NCBI GenBank assembly: GCA_903919065.1
Contig: CAIXHD010000426.1
Coordinates: 1,580-65,579, forward strand
Origin: an uncultured Bacteroidota bacterium
GTDB lineage: Bacteria; Bacteroidota; Bacteroidia; Bacteroidales; UBA12481
Direction of reading: 5' to 3'
Length of the DNA stretch: 64,000 nucleotides
Shown here: positions 63,392 to 64,000 of the stretch, piece by piece
How positions within the stretch are numbered: the first letter of the stretch is position 1
Layout: every line of letters starts with the position of its first letter
Position numbers and translations under genes: made by a program
The notes under the pieces: model-generated
Databases searched by the model: none
Told to the model about the DNA's origin: nothing
What the model saw: the letters and a program-made list of their open reading frames with translations, nothing else

Positions 63392-64000
63392 CTATAACCC
63401 GAAACGATAAGAGAACTTTATCAATAATATATCGCGAGGTTTGATATCCGTCAGATTTTTAAAATCACGGTTTAAGGAAAAATCGCCATACGGGTCGAAG
63501 CCACTCCTCCCCTGCGACCAAACCAGGAATACAACAGAACCCGGTCGATATTCCCAGCGCATTACCAGGTTTGATTTAAATTCCTTGACATTGAAATCCG
63601 GATATCCGATGGTATAATCAGTAGTTTTATCCCTATTCTCATCAACATCACAATACCCTTCATCCTTATAGCAAGCAAGCTGATCTGCATCGTAAACGTG
63701 GAATCGGTCCTGATAGCTGGCAGCCATAGGGTCAGTAATATATTTCAAATCAGAAAACAGGCCTGATGCTATGAACGGCTGCCCCCAATACTGAATGGTT
63801 AGTGTGGGGGTGAGGGTAAGGTTGATGCGTAATGAAACTCCCAGTACTTTTTGATTGATGGATCCAAAAACGTATCTGTTCTCAGTACCATAGGTAGTCT
63901 GGGTGATATACTGCATATCTGAATAACTGGAGGTAAAACTTGGTGAAACACTCAACGACAGGGCATTAATAGGTTTATAGGTGATAGAAAGCTCTGTCCC
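63392..64000 (-). CDS. C-terminal part of an outer-membrane beta-barrel-type protein (DUF5916-like?); 5' end outside window
   Basis: My own translation shows the frame stays open upstream of the track's TTG 63955, up to position 64000 (GTELSITYKPINALSLSVSP...). Alternating beta-strand pattern with terminal ...LLIKFSYRFGL (aromatic-rich C-terminal strand). The family assignment is tentative. Confidence 0.5.
   Translation of the reverse strand, partial: GTELSITYKPINALSLSVSPSFTSSYSDMQYITQTTYGTENRYVFGSINQKVLGVSLRINLTLTPTLTIQYWGQPFIASGLFSDLKYITDPMAASYQDRFHVYDADQLACYKDEGYCDVDENRDKTTDYTIGYPDFNVKEFKSNLVMRWEYRPGSVVFLVWSQGRSGFDPYGDFSLNRDFKNLTDIKPRDILLIKFSYRFGL

Noticed and set aside
1-64000. Search for tRNA, rRNA, riboswitch-like leaders and cas/defence gene signatures
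   Set aside because: Intergenic spacers are almost all shorter than 130 bp, and none showed cloverleaf-type or conserved riboswitch sequence that I could recognise. No defence-system hallmark proteins were seen. The scan was by eye, so covariance-model searches (tRNAscan-SE, Infernal/Rfam) are still needed to confirm this.

Overview
This 64-kb segment looks like chromosome from a Bacteroidota (Bacteroidia-like) organism capable of anaerobic respiration. The phylum call rests on four things: repeated TAnnTTTG -7 promoter motifs, the folP-DUF1599-BT_3928-like-tpiA gene order, an 11-gene nuo operon lacking nuoEFG, and T9SS-type cargo plus glycan-degrading enzymes. About 60 tightly packed protein genes are present. 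I saw no rRNA, tRNA or CRISPR. All protein calls come from reading the supplied translations for family hallmark motifs from memory. No BLAST or HMM search was possible.

Content from left to right:
- A partial secreted protein and a DUF6702-like gene.
- A tightly packed hupE-amidase-deaminase-deaminase unit.
- Housekeeping genes: aroQ-pyk, xerD, ppdK, plsY, cdaA-folP, DUF1599, a BT_3928-like protein and tpiA.
- A 1482-aa exported protein of unknown function.
- yfcE-like, thioredoxin-like and rsmE genes.
- An IS5/InsH-type transposase fragment that has only the N-terminal domain.
- An atypical AmmeMemoRadiSam locus: a Memo-AMMECR1 fusion, an embedded 782-aa spermidine-synthase-like membrane protein, and a radical SAM enzyme with a Tat-like leader.
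- nuoABCDHIJKLMN followed by an appended 104-aa ORF.
- A 226-bp spacer made of inverted 7-bp tandem-repeat arrays around a strong hairpin.
- A six-gene sulfur-respiration operon: PsrABC-like, two YeeE/YedE proteins, and a rhodanese-like protein lacking the active-site cysteine.
- lipA-lipB and dmsABC.
- A fucose and sulfated-glycan cluster: fucP, Fe-ADH, sulfatase, DUF1080 x2, GH20 and GH29.
- An orphan PAS histidine kinase.
- A speB and deoxyhypusine-synthase-like operon.
- A frameshifted NUDIX gene.
- A partial outer-membrane-type protein.

The best candidate for new biology is the four-component, envelope-targeted AmmeMemoRadiSam variant at 23.6-28.7 kb. Next are the heptamer palindrome at 39.0-39.3 kb and the Cys-tailed rhodanese-like protein in the psr operon.
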